Below, in pieces: positions 1-9,980 of a stretch of DNA of 64,000 bases. The translations under genes were made by a program, and so were the position numbers. A model generated the notes under the pieces. It had not been told where the DNA came from, ran no database searches, and was given only the letters and a program-made list of their open reading frames with translations. Each line of letters begins with the position of its first letter. The first letter of the stretch is position 1. The DNA lies in assembly GCA_003934925.1 (NCBI GenBank), contig JQIX01000063.1, positions 2,030 through 66,029 of the forward strand. Direction: 5' to 3'. The DNA is from Epsilonproteobacteria bacterium (ex Lamellibrachia satsuma). Its GTDB lineage: Bacteria > Campylobacterota > Campylobacteria > Campylobacterales > Sulfurovaceae.

Positions 1-1013
1 CTCCCTCTTCTGCCGTTTGATCATTGCTCCAAGGAAGAGATAGAGCAGTACGATATTCAGTATGAACTGGATCATGAGGTAGCCTTCATCCATCACTTTA
101 TCCTGTTGGAGTCCCGTGATGGAGTAAATGGCTTGCAGTACACCGAAGAAGAGGACGGTTTTCTGCGTGTCTTCCATAAAAAAATGTCTGATGATATGGT
201 GCAAATGGCAGCGGTCGGCAGAGAACATCGAACGTCCCCTGAGTTTACGTCGGGTCATAACAATAAGTGTGTCAAAGATGGGCAGTGCTGCAATAAAGAG
301 GATACTGACCGTCGGCAGATAATCCAGAGATTTAATGGCCAGTACCGAAATAACGAACCCCAGGGTCAGGGAACCGCTGTCTCCCATGAAAATGGAACAG
401 GATGCCAGTTGAAGATCAAAAAGGCCGAGAGGGAAGCAATGAACGCCATAGAGAGTACCATCATCAGCGTATCGTTATGCTGGTAGCCTACGATAAAAAA
501 AGAGCCCAGTATCACGATACTGATGGTTGCCGCAAGACCGTCCAGGCCATCCATAAGGTTCAAAGCATTGCTAAAGCCCGTGACGGCAAAAACAGTAAAA
601 GGCAGGGCGAACCAACCCAGAGTGATGGGCATACCAAAAAAAGTGCCTACATCATCGACAAGCAGCCCATCGAAAGAGAGAAGGATCGTGGAGAGGATAA
701 GGACAATGAACTTGGTTTTGGGGGAAGTATCATGATGGTCATCCAGCACCCCTACAGCAAAAACAAGGAAAATAGCCAACAGTGTCCAGCTATACTGCAT
801 CATGATATCAAAATGGAAGAAGGGAATGACGACGGCAGCAGACAGATAGAAGCCGATACCCGCACCGCACGGGGTATGGCTGACATGCGTGCTTCTTTCA
901 TTGGGGATATCAATGAGCCCCAGGGACGGGGCATAGTGTTTTACGAGACCTATAAAAAGAGAGGACAACACAAAGATCAGTACAAATTCTATATAAACTC
1001 CCAATGTACTCAT
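1..1013 (-). pseudogene. WecA/MraY-family (GT4) undecaprenyl-phosphate GlcNAc-1-P transferase, frameshifted near 396; 3' end runs off the window
   Basis: ORF 366-1013 has VGVLDD and NALNLMDGLDGL motifs and stops after NWHP. Another frame continues SIFMGDSGSLTLGF...ADRCHLHH to position 1, so one base is missing. Confidence 0.85.
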
Positions 1014-1088
1014 CCCTCCCCTTCTTTCATCTCAACTATTCCCTGCCTTTTATATTTCATAATAATAGCGTTTTTTCTCTAGAAGATA

Positions 1089-1106
1089 TGTAGGAACATT
1101 CCTACA
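1089..1106. repeat. Perfect palindrome TGTAGGAA-CA-TTCCTACA
   Basis: Read directly in the divergent wecA/otsB intergenic region. Confidence 0.6.
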
Positions 1107-1156
1107 CTATGATAATCTATTCCCCGAGATTATAATTGGCGTAATTATATCGAAAA

Positions 1157-1191
1157 GTGATTAGTGATTGGGGATTGGTGATTTGGGATAA
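1157..1191 (+). repeat. Degenerate heptamer array GTGATTA GTGATTG GGGATTG GTGATTT GGGATAA
   Basis: Five 7-bp units read directly. Confidence 0.7.
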
Positions 1192-1222
1192 ACAGTCATC
1201 AGCTTAAGCGGCAATAAAAAAA

Positions 1223-1231
1223 TGGTACAAT
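1223..1231 (+). promoter_or_regulatory. Candidate extended -10 (TGgTACAAT) for the trehalose operon
   Basis: Matches TGnTATAAT; lies 35 bp before the ATG at 1266, which has a GGGGGAG RBS. Confidence 0.5.
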
Positions 1232-1265
1232 GGCTTTTATAAGTTTTTTGGGGGGAGATGACATT

Positions 1266-4200
1266 ATGCGTAAAAAAGAGAGGTATATAATAAAAAGGTC
1301 ACAATATGACGCTGTTGTATTTGACCTTGACGGTGTGATCACCCAGACACAAAAGACACATGCCAAAGCATGGAAAAGAACATTCGATGAATTTTTAAAA
1401 AAGAGAGCCGGAGGGGATACTTTTACCCCCTTTGATATCTCTAAGGACTATCTTTACTATGTGGATGGGAAACCGAGGAAAGAAGGGATAAGAAGCTTTC
1501 TTGCTTCAAGAGATATAAAACTTCCGGAAGGAAGGAGTGATGACACAAAAGATATAGAGAGTATCGCTGCTTTGGCAAATATGAAAAACAGCTATTTTTT
1601 AGAGCTTGTATCCCAGGGTGTAAAAACTTACAAAAGTTCCATAGAACTCCTTTTAAAACTAAATAACTTCGGCTTTTTAACTGCCATAGTCTCCTCCAGT
1701 AAAAACTGTACCTACATACTTCAATCCGCCAATCTAAGCGCTTATTTCAATACGATCGTCGACGGCCTTGACCTTCAGAACCTGGACCTTAAAGGCAAGC
1801 CCGAACCGGACCTCTTTCTGGAGGCCCTTAAAAGGCTTAAAGTTGAGCCAAATAGAGCTATTGTCATAGAAGATGCTATTGCCGGAGTAGCTGCAGGAAA
1901 AAAAGGGGGTTTTGGAAAAGTTATCGGTGTTAACAGAAACAGACACGCAAAACAGTTGAAAAAAGCCGGAGCTGATCTGGTCGTCAAGGATCTTTCAGAG
2001 CTTGATATTGAGACAAAAACAACAGAACTTCCTTCAGCACTGCAATCTTTTAAAAAGATAGAGGGTCAGTTTAAAGATAAAGAGGTCGTACTCTTTTTAG
2101 ATTATGACGGAACACTCACACCCATTGTCGCACACCCCAAAGACGCACACCTCTCTGAAGCGATGAGAAACATGCTCATAAAACTCTCCAATCAGTGTAC
2201 TTTGGCAGTGATAAGCGGCAGGGGGCTGAATGACATTAAGAGCAGAGTGGGTATTAAAGGGATCTATTACGCAGGCAGTCACGGTTATGAGATCGAAGGA
2301 CCCAGCATCAAAATGGAATATGAGGACGCTTTGGAGTTCGTTGAAATCTTTGATGTATTGGAAGAAGAACTTACCAGACTATTGGCAAAGGTAGAAGGAG
2401 CTTTGGTTGAACGTAAAAAATTCAGTATTGCCCTTCACTACAGAAATGTCTCAAAGAGCGAAGTGGGTCTTGTAGAAAAAGCGGCGGATGAAGCGGTAAG
2501 AAAATATCCTAAAATCCGTAAGAACTATGGAAAAAAGGTGTATGAACTACAGCCTGATCTGGAATGGAACAAGGGGAAAGCCCTGGAGTGGCTGATGGAA
2601 ACGCTTCATATAGAAAAGAAGGGAAGCAAAATATTTTATATGGGTGATGACATCACTGATGAAGATGCTTTTTCAGCCATTAAAACCTATGGAATAGGAA
2701 TCTTGGTAGGCACTCAGGCCGGAACTACCGCTGCCCAATACAAACTAAAAAATACAGACCAGACTTTGCGCTTTTTAGAGATACTCTCATCCTCGATAGA
2801 AGAAGGTAACATCTGGTCTTTGACCTATGACAATTATGAACCCAAAGATGAGAAGCTAAGAGAGGTTCTCTGTGCTTTAGGTAACGGCTACTTTGTCACC
2901 AGATCGGCTGCAACCGAATCACAGGCTGATGATATACACTATCCCGGAACCTATATAGCCGGAGGCTATAACCGGCTTAAAACAAAAATTCAAGGTAAAG
3001 AGATTACAAATGAGGACCTGGTCAACTTTCCAAACTGGCTGACGCTCAAATTCAAGATAAAAGAGGGAGATTGGTTCAGCATAGATGAGACTACGATCCT
3101 ATCCTTTCGTCAAGAACTTGATATGGAAGAAGGTATTCTACATAAACTTATACACTTCAGTGACGCAAAGGGGAGAGAGACCAGGCTTACAGAAAGACGT
3201 TTTGTCCATATGGGAAATAAACATCTTGCTTCGATCAAACTTACAATTATGCCTATTAACTGGGAAGGAAAAATCGAAGTCGAATCCGGGATAGACGGTA
3301 ATATAAAAAATGAAGGGGTCAAGCGCTACAGTGACTTAAGCAATGAGCACCTTAAGTGCATAGAAAAAGGGCTTGAAGGTGATATGGCCTTTTTAAAGAT
3401 GGAGACGGTACAGTCAAACCTTACCGTCTCTCTGGCAGCTAAAACAAAACTTTTTTTAAACAGCGAACCGCTTTTTTCAGTAGAGACCAGATTGATAGAG
3501 AAAGACTCTTATATTGCTAAACATTTCACCCTGGAGTCTATACGCAGTAAAGATTATCTCAGTATAGAAAAGAAGGTATCGCTTTATACCTCAAAAGACA
3601 AGGCGATATCAAACTGTTATCTTGAAGCCAAACTCGCCTTGGAGGATACGGGAAGATTTGAAAATATGCTTTGTGCTCACAAGGTATCCTGGAAACATCT
3701 TTGGACACATTTTGATATCGACCTCAATTTCAAAGATATTAAAAAAGACTATTTTGTAAAAAGAGTTCTGCATCTTTACACTTTTCATCTTTTGCAAACC
3801 GCATCGGTTCACAGCATAGATATGGATGTCGGTATGCCTGCCAGAGGATGGCACGGAGAGGCTTACCGGGGCCATATCTTCTGGGATGAGATATTTATAT
3901 TTCCCTTTTTTAACTACAGACTTCCCCAAATAACACGCTCCCTTATGCTCTACCGCTATCGAAGGCTTCCTGAGGCGAGACGTGCTGCTAAAGCTTTGGG
4001 ATACAAAGGCGCCATGTATCCGTGGCAAAGCGGAAGTAATGGCAAAGAGGAGACGCAAACAATGCATCTCAACCCGCAATCCAATAGATGGCTGGAAGAT
4101 AATACCCATCTTCAACGGCATATCAACTCTGCTATTGTTTACAATATTTGGCAATATTATCAAGTCAGTGGCGACAATGCGTTTTTATCCTTTTACGGTG

Positions 4201-5222
4201 CGGAGATGATACTTGAGATTGCCCGGTTCTGGTCCAGTATTGCCGTCTATAACAGCCGTGAAGAAAGATATGAGATTTTGGGTGTTATCGGGCCGGATGA
4301 GTATCATGATGCTTATCCGGAAAGTAAAACTCCCGGACTTAAAAACAATGCCTATACAAATATTATGGCTGTATTTGTCCTCAATAAGGCGGTAGAGCTG
4401 CAAAAGATACTCTCTAAGATGCGTTTTAGCGAGTTATGTGAAAAACTTCAAATAGAGCAAACCGAGATTGAAAGATGGGAAGAGATACGAAAAAGAATGA
4501 AGATCCCTTTTCATGATGGCAACATTATCAGTCAGTTCGAGGGGTATGAGGATCTTAAAGAGCTTGACTGGGACGTTTACCGTGAAAAATATAGCAATAT
4601 CCAGCGTCTGGACAGAATATTGGAAGCCGAAGGTGACAGTGCCAATCATTATAAGGTCTCGAAGCAGGCTGATGTATTGATGCTTTTTTACCTCTTTTCC
4701 AATGAAGAGCTCAAAGAGCTTTTTCATCAGCTGGATTACAGATTTTCTCAAGCAATGCTTCAAAAAAATGTCAAATATTATCTGCGAAGAACTTCAAGCG
4801 GATCTTCTTTAAGCCAGGTTGTACACGCCTGGATAAGTACCCGGAGCAATCGTCAAGAATCATGGAGATTTTTTAACAAAGCCCTGTTGACAGATATAGC
4901 TGATATTCAAGGAGGAACAACACCCGAAGGGGTACATATCGGTGCGATGGCAGGTACGATCGATATTATGCAGCGCTGTTATACGGGTTTGGAAGCCAGG
5001 AATGAGATCTTGCATCTTAACCCCTCTCTTCCGAAAGAGCTGCGGGAGATAAAACTTAAATTGCAATACAGAGGACAGTGGCTTAATATTGACATCTATC
5101 CCCATAGAGCCATTATTGAAGCTCAGATTTCCAATGCAGAGGCAATAACCATGGATGTAAAAGGTGAGCTTTTTATACTCAGCAGCGGTGAGATCAAAGA
5201 GATAAATTATAGTGATAAATAA
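1266..5222 (+). CDS. otsB: Three-domain fusion: beta-PGM-like HAD + trehalose-6-phosphate phosphatase + GH65 phosphorylase (OtsB1-like architecture)
   Basis: VFDLDGVIT (HAD), LFLDYDGTLTP...AGSHG (TPP) and GH65 motifs GHIFWDE, GPDEYH, KQAD. Start moved to 1266 because the ATG at 1230 lies inside the -10. Confidence 0.9.
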   Translation: MRKKERYIIKRSQYDAVVFDLDGVITQTQKTHAKAWKRTFDEFLKKRAGGDTFTPFDISKDYLYYVDGKPRKEGIRSFLASRDIKLPEGRSDDTKDIESIAALANMKNSYFLELVSQGVKTYKSSIELLLKLNNFGFLTAIVSSSKNCTYILQSANLSAYFNTIVDGLDLQNLDLKGKPEPDLFLEALKRLKVEPNRAIVIEDAIAGVAAGKKGGFGKVIGVNRNRHAKQLKKAGADLVVKDLSELDIETKTTELPSALQSFKKIEGQFKDKEVVLFLDYDGTLTPIVAHPKDAHLSEAMRNMLIKLSNQCTLAVISGRGLNDIKSRVGIKGIYYAGSHGYEIEGPSIKMEYEDALEFVEIFDVLEEELTRLLAKVEGALVERKKFSIALHYRNVSKSEVGLVEKAADEAVRKYPKIRKNYGKKVYELQPDLEWNKGKALEWLMETLHIEKKGSKIFYMGDDITDEDAFSAIKTYGIGILVGTQAGTTAAQYKLKNTDQTLRFLEILSSSIEEGNIWSLTYDNYEPKDEKLREVLCALGNGYFVTRSAATESQADDIHYPGTYIAGGYNRLKTKIQGKEITNEDLVNFPNWLTLKFKIKEGDWFSIDETTILSFRQELDMEEGILHKLIHFSDAKGRETRLTERRFVHMGNKHLASIKLTIMPINWEGKIEVESGIDGNIKNEGVKRYSDLSNEHLKCIEKGLEGDMAFLKMETVQSNLTVSLAAKTKLFLNSEPLFSVETRLIEKDSYIAKHFTLESIRSKDYLSIEKKVSLYTSKDKAISNCYLEAKLALEDTGRFENMLCAHKVSWKHLWTHFDIDLNFKDIKKDYFVKRVLHLYTFHLLQTASVHSIDMDVGMPARGWHGEAYRGHIFWDEIFIFPFFNYRLPQITRSLMLYRYRRLPEARRAAKALGYKGAMYPWQSGSNGKEETQTMHLNPQSNRWLEDNTHLQRHINSAIVYNIWQYYQVSGDNAFLSFYGAEMILEIARFWSSIAVYNSREERYEILGVIGPDEYHDAYPESKTPGLKNNAYTNIMAVFVLNKAVELQKILSKMRFSELCEKLQIEQTEIERWEEIRKRMKIPFHDGNIISQFEGYEDLKELDWDVYREKYSNIQRLDRILEAEGDSANHYKVSKQADVLMLFYLFSNEELKELFHQLDYRFSQAMLQKNVKYYLRRTSSGSSLSQVVHAWISTRSNRQESWRFFNKALLTDIADIQGGTTPEGVHIGAMAGTIDIMQRCYTGLEARNEILHLNPSLPKELREIKLKLQYRGQWLNIDIYPHRAIIEAQISNAEAITMDVKGELFILSSGEIKEINYSDK

Positions 5223-5234
5223 AAGGAGAGGGGT

Positions 5235-6669
5235 ATGCAAGATAAAGAAAAGCGTAGATTAATTATTGTTTCAAACAGACTGCCCATTATAATAGAAAAG
5301 AGTATTGAGGGTGGATACAAGATAGGACATGCAAGTGGAGGTCTTGTAACAGCCATGACACCAATACTCAAAAGAGATGGCGGTGTCTGGATCGGCTGGA
5401 CAGGAAACTTTTTAGAGGAGAACATAAATATTGAAGAACTTTTAGAACAAGAGATGAAGGATTTAAATTATAGATACAGGTCTGTGGATATCAATTTAAA
5501 TGATTATGAGCTCTACTACAAAGGCTTTTCCAATGAAGTACTTTGGCCGCTTTTTCACAATATGTCTATCTACTGTGATTTTGAGGAAAACTATTATAAG
5601 GCTTTTAAAAAAGCCAATCAAAAGTTTGCCCTGACGATCATGGATGAACTTATTGAGAATGACTTTATTTGGATCCATGATTATCATTTGATCAATACAG
5701 GCAAAGAGTTAAGGGAAAAAGGTGTAAAAAATACAATAGCTTTTTTTCTTCATATACCCTTTCCCCCTGCCGAGACATTTAACCGTATCCCCTGGCGCTT
5801 GGAGATCATGAATGCGATGCTCTCTTATGATCTCATAGGGTTTCAAACGAAATTAGATAAGAAGAATTTTTTAGAAGTTGTTGCCTCACTGATAGAGGAT
5901 GCAGTAATTGATCAAACAGAAGAGAGGATAGCTACGATAACAATTCAGGAAGGGGGGGCATAAAGTGGGTGCTTTCCCTATCAGTATCGATTATAATGAA
6001 TTTTCTGATCAGGCTAAGAGTGAAGAGATCTCAAAAATAACACAGAAGATAAAAGAAGGACATCTTGGTCAGAAAATTATGCTGGGAATTGATCGACTTG
6101 ATTACAGCAAAGGAATTCCGCAAAAGTTTAAAGCCTACAAAAGACTGTTGGAAAAATACCCACGTCTGCGCACAAAGGTCAAGTTGATACAGGTCATGGT
6201 GCCCAGTCGAGTAGATATAATCGAATATGCAAATCTCAAAAGTGAGATAGAACAGCTTGTAGGTGAAATAAACGGAAAGTTCAGTCAACCAGGCTGGATC
6301 CCTATAATGTACTGCTACAACCCTTTAAGCAGAACAGAGCTTCTGGCTTATTACAGAGCTTCCGATATTGCATTGGTTACCCCTTTAAAAGATGGAATGA
6401 ATCTCGTTGCTAAAGAGTATTGTGCTGCGAATATCGATAAAGATGGAGTATTGATCCTCAGCGAATTTGCCGGGGCAAGTTACCAGTTTAAAGATGATGC
6501 ACTACTGGTTAACCCTTTTGATGAAGAATCTGTTGTAGATACAATTAAAGAGGCTTTGTCTATGAAGCAGAGAGAGAAGAAAAAACGTATGGAAAATATG
6601 CAAAATATTGTTCGAAAGTTTGATATCTATTGGTGGGTTGATACATTTTTAAAAGTTGCAAAGATGTAG
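5235..6669 (+). pseudogene. otsA: Trehalose-6-phosphate synthase (GT20), split by a +1 frameshift in a G7 run at 5952-5958
   Basis: First ORF has VSNRLP, GGLV, WIHDYHL, FFLHIPFP. Second has [26 protein letters not shown]. Removing one G fuses them as EGGHKVGAFP. Confidence 0.9.
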
Positions 6670-6824
6670 ATCAGTCGAAGCATTAGGCTGCTTAATGATG
6701 GGAATAAGAAATCCTCAAAAATCTATTTTGACAATTTGGGGTGGTTGATAAAATACAAGCAATTAAAGCAAATAAAAAAAGCTGCCATGGAAAATTAATA
6801 AGCTGGAAAGTCAATATATTGAAG

Positions 6825-6899
<75 letters not shown>

Positions 6900-6931
6900 A
6901 CAATTGAAAAAAGAGTGCAAAAAAAATGAAA

Positions 6932-7006
6932 TGGCTCCGGCACCAGGATTCGAACCTGGGACCAAATGATTAACAGTCATCTACTCTACCGCTGAGCTAT
7001 GCCGGA
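6932..7006 (-). tRNA. tRNA-Asn (GTT), second copy with compensatory stem changes
   Basis: TCCGGCATAGCTCAGCGGTAGAG...CTGTTAA...TTCGAATCCTGGTGCCGGAGCCA. Confidence 0.97.
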
Positions 7007-7031
7007 ATGTTCACAGTTTTTGTGGAGTGAG

Positions 7032-7060
7032 ATTATAGATAAAAATAGCTTTAAAGTCAA
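7032..7060 (-). promoter_or_regulatory. Sigma70 promoter for the tRNA-Asn pair
   Basis: TTGACT (7060-7055), 17-bp spacer, TATAAT (7037-7032) on the minus strand. Confidence 0.75.
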
Positions 7061-7067
7061 TGATTTT

Positions 7068-8027
7068 TTAGGCTTTTTTGTAAAATTTTACGCCATTTGA
7101 CTCAACAAGCTTTATTTTCTCTTCTTTTAAGAGATCTTTGAACCTTTTTTGACTCTCTTCATCAAAAAGTGCTTCTATATCTTCCTCTGTCAAAGGACGT
7201 TTTGACAACGTTTCCAATATCTCTTCAACACTATAGGAAGAAGCTGAAATATCCGCTTTTTTACGTGATGCTATATAGACAGGCAGCGAAGGGTCAAAAA
7301 GATGGCTGATCTGCAGCAGCTTTTCATAACTGACCGGCTTCACATTAAATGCAGGCGGCCTGTCTATGGTACCGATATCTATGCGTGCAGGCTGCAGTTT
7401 TAACAGGAACGCATTGAGTTTGGCTATCTCTTCTTCACTGTCATTGAGTGTTTTGACAATGAGTATCTCTATAACAAGCGGGCCTTTATACTTCTTTTTG
7501 AACGCCAGCATCCCCGCTTTGATCTCTTCCACATCGATACCCGAATGGGCACGGTCGAGTTTTTTTAGACAGACTTGCGTGGCACAGTCCAGGGAAAGTT
7601 TCACTTCATCCAGTTTAAGCAGGGCTTCCTGTACTTTGGGATCGTTTATAGTGGATGCATTACTGAGTATAAGTGTTTTGGTTCTGCCTTTAAAGGTATT
7701 GATCTCATCTACGAGTTCAGAAAGATAAGGATAAAGCGTAGGCTCACCGTTGGCGGTCAGGGTAATAAAATCGATATCACCGTGTTCTTTAAGCGCCTGT
7801 TTCAGTGCCGCAGTGATCTCTGTGACCGGAACAACCTCATCATAAGCTCCCATTGTCTTAACAGGATCCAGTTCACAGTAAAGGCAGTCAAAATTGCACT
7901 GCTTTTTGCCGGGACTCAGGTCAACACCAAGGGATTTACCGAAACGGCGGGAGGATATCGGTCCAAAGATCACCTTTGGTGAGCGTTGAGCGTTGAGCGT
8001 TGAGCGTTGAGATGTATCAGTTGGCAT
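7068..8027 (-). CDS. Radical SAM protein (Cj1244-like); start either ATG 8027 or GTG 7973
   Basis: IFGPISSRRFGKSLG, CNFDCLYC and ANGEPTLY motifs. The N-terminal SQRSTLNAQRS is the translated heptamer array. Confidence 0.9.
   Translation of the reverse strand: MPTDTSQRSTLNAQRSPKVIFGPISSRRFGKSLGVDLSPGKKQCNFDCLYCELDPVKTMGAYDEVVPVTEITAALKQALKEHGDIDFITLTANGEPTLYPYLSELVDEINTFKGRTKTLILSNASTINDPKVQEALLKLDEVKLSLDCATQVCLKKLDRAHSGIDVEEIKAGMLAFKKKYKGPLVIEILIVKTLNDSEEEIAKLNAFLLKLQPARIDIGTIDRPPAFNVKPVSYEKLLQISHLFDPSLPVYIASRKKADISASSYSVEEILETLSKRPLTEEDIEALFDEESQKRFKDLLKEEKIKLVESNGVKFYKKA
7980..8011 (+). repeat. Perfect heptamer array (TGAGCGT)x4 + TGAG
   Basis: Read directly. Confidence 0.95.
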
Positions 8028-8358
8028 AGTTTTTCTTTAATGATGCAAGCATTCTTAATATTTCTTTGAGTTCCTTCACCCATAACATACCCATGTTTTT
8101 TTCTATATATCCAATTTCAATTCCAATATATATTTGAGTAACCAATTCAGCACCGGAACCTTTGGCAATCTCAATATAGCGCATCTTCTCTTTGGAAGAT
8201 TCTTTTTCGAGCCCCTCTGCAATATTACTGGCAATAGAAAGGGAGGATCTTGTAATTTGATCTTTATATCCAAAATCTTTAGAGTCTACAAATGATTTAT
8301 AGACTTCTACAGATAGACGACAACTACGCTTCCAAACATCAAGTCTTTCACATCTCAT
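8017..8358 (-). CDS. Four helix bundle protein (TIGR02436 / 23S rRNA-IVS protein-like)
   Basis: L.VWKRS...DQITRSSLSIASNIAEG...IAKGS..EL.TQ family pattern. Confidence 0.9.
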   Translation of the reverse strand: MRCERLDVWKRSCRLSVEVYKSFVDSKDFGYKDQITRSSLSIASNIAEGLEKESSKEKMRYIEIAKGSGAELVTQIYIGIEIGYIEKNMGMLWVKELKEILRMLASLKKNYAN

Positions 8359-8374
8359 TTAGCATCCTCTCTTT

Positions 8375-8404
8375 CTCATTGCTCAACGCTCATTACTCAG
8401 CGCT
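8375..8404 (-). repeat. Heptamer array CTCATTG CTCAACG CTCATTA CTCAGCG, inverted relative to 7980-8011
   Basis: Read directly; approximates the reverse complement of the 7980 array. Confidence 0.9.
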
Positions 8405-8415
8405 GTGTCAGAGAA

Positions 8416-9462
8416 TTAGCCCTTCCGGCTAACCCTCTGACACTCTCTTACAAAGTGAATCGCATTTTCTACCGGTACATCGGGGAGGATTCCGTGTCCG
8501 AGGTTGAAGATGTGTCTTTTGCCGCCCATGACTTTCTGGATGGCTTCTACACATTCTGTGGTGGCTTCTTTGGAGTAGAGTCTGCATGGCTCCATGTTGC
8601 CCTGGAGGACGTACCTGTCTCCAAGTTTCTCTTTTGCCAATGCCATAGGGGTACCCCAGTCTACACCGAATACATCGAAGTTCCCGTACACAAGCCCGCG
8701 CTCGATAAAAGCTGGAATTCCTTTAGGGAACATAATGATAGGAATATGCGGATATTTACCTTTAAGATACTCTGCGATCTCAATCATATATTTCCAGGAG
8801 AACTCGTCGTATTTGCCCGGTTCGATCGCTGCTGCCCAGCTGTCAAAGATCTGTACAACATCAATACCAGCCTGGATCTGTTTCTCCATATAGTATTTGA
8901 CCACTTCAGTGACTTTTGCAAGGATATTATGCAGAAGTTCAGGGTTGGTGTACATCATTTTTTTACAGATATTGTACGTTTTGCTTCCCTGCCCTTCTAT
9001 CATGTAGGTCGCAAGCGTCCATGGTGCTCCCGTGAAACCTATGAGTGCCTTGTCATCCGCCAAACGCTCTTTAATGAGCTTAATAGTGTCATACACGTAA
9101 GTAAGTTTGCCTGCCGCTTCTTCACCGCCGATGAGTCTGTCCACATCTTCCTGTGACGTTAAAGGATCAGAAAATTTCGGTCCTTCACCTTTAACAAAAC
9201 TCAGGTCCATACCCATTTCATCGGGAACAACAAGAATATCCGAGAAAAGGATCGCTGCATCCACACCCACGATATTTACAGGCTGTAATGTCACTTCACA
9301 CGCTTTTTCAGGGTCATGGCACAGGTTTAGAAAGTTTCCTGCTTCTGCACGTACTGCCATATATTCGGGCAAATAGCGCCCTGCCTGTCTCATCATCCAT
9401 ACCGGTGTATATGGTGTCTCTTTTCCCAGACATGCGTCTACAAATATTTTATTATTACTCAT
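8416..9462 (-). CDS. hemE: Uroporphyrinogen decarboxylase
   Basis: [33 protein letters not shown]. Confidence 0.97.
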   Translation of the reverse strand: MSNNKIFVDACLGKETPYTPVWMMRQAGRYLPEYMAVRAEAGNFLNLCHDPEKACEVTLQPVNIVGVDAAILFSDILVVPDEMGMDLSFVKGEGPKFSDPLTSQEDVDRLIGGEEAAGKLTYVYDTIKLIKERLADDKALIGFTGAPWTLATYMIEGQGSKTYNICKKMMYTNPELLHNILAKVTEVVKYYMEKQIQAGIDVVQIFDSWAAAIEPGKYDEFSWKYMIEIAEYLKGKYPHIPIIMFPKGIPAFIERGLVYGNFDVFGVDWGTPMALAKEKLGDRYVLQGNMEPCRLYSKEATTECVEAIQKVMGGKRHIFNLGHGILPDVPVENAIHFVRECQRVSRKG

Positions 9463-9980
9463 TAATGATCTCCGCTTTCTTTATGTAAAAAATAAAGGGC
9501 TACTGAAAGCCCCAAAATCGATCCTGCAAAATAGAGCATCTCTACTGCCCCGTTATATTCCGTATGCAATACTCTCTGAAAGAAACTTACAACAAGTACC
9601 ATCACGATGACTTTCGCAAGTTTGTCTTTGAGCTCATCGAGTGAATGGATCTCAAGTATCTTTGATGCAGCGGAATTTTTGGCCACATCAATCTCGGAAA
9701 TGAAAAGCTCATAGAGCCCAAAACCGAAGATGAACAGTACGATCGCCATAAGATACAGGTCTATCGCACCTATGAGCCCGCCTACTATCTCTTCATGGAA
9801 GTTCTCGGGGTGAAGATGATTCACATACACATTGAATACTTCTACAACGACATTCCATACATCTGCACTTGCCACGATAAAAAGGGCGATCCCGCCCAGC
9901 ATACTGAAAATGACAGCCAGAAGGACAAAGAATCTTGTACTCCATAAAGTACTTTCAAATATATTTTCTATAAATTTCAA
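9462..9980 (-). CDS. YqhA/UPF0114 membrane protein; likely TTG start overlapping the asd stop
   Basis: [27 protein letters not shown]; GAGGGA RBS before TTG at 9980. Confidence 0.85.
   Translation of the reverse strand: MKFIENIFESTLWSTRFFVLLAVIFSMLGGIALFIVASADVWNVVVEVFNVYVNHLHPENFHEEIVGGLIGAIDLYLMAIVLFIFGFGLYELFISEIDVAKNSAASKILEIHSLDELKDKLAKVIVMVLVVSFFQRVLHTEYNGAVEMLYFAGSILGLSVALYFLHKESGDH

Noticed and set aside
1191-1200. AACAGTCATC matches the anticodon arm of the second tRNA-Asn (6972-6981), a possible att remnant
   Set aside because: Only 10 bp; the displaced tRNA 3' half is absent and there is no integrase.
8017-8358. Four-helix protein as the Avd of a diversity-generating retroelement
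   Set aside because: No reverse transcriptase and no TR/VR repeat pair in the window.
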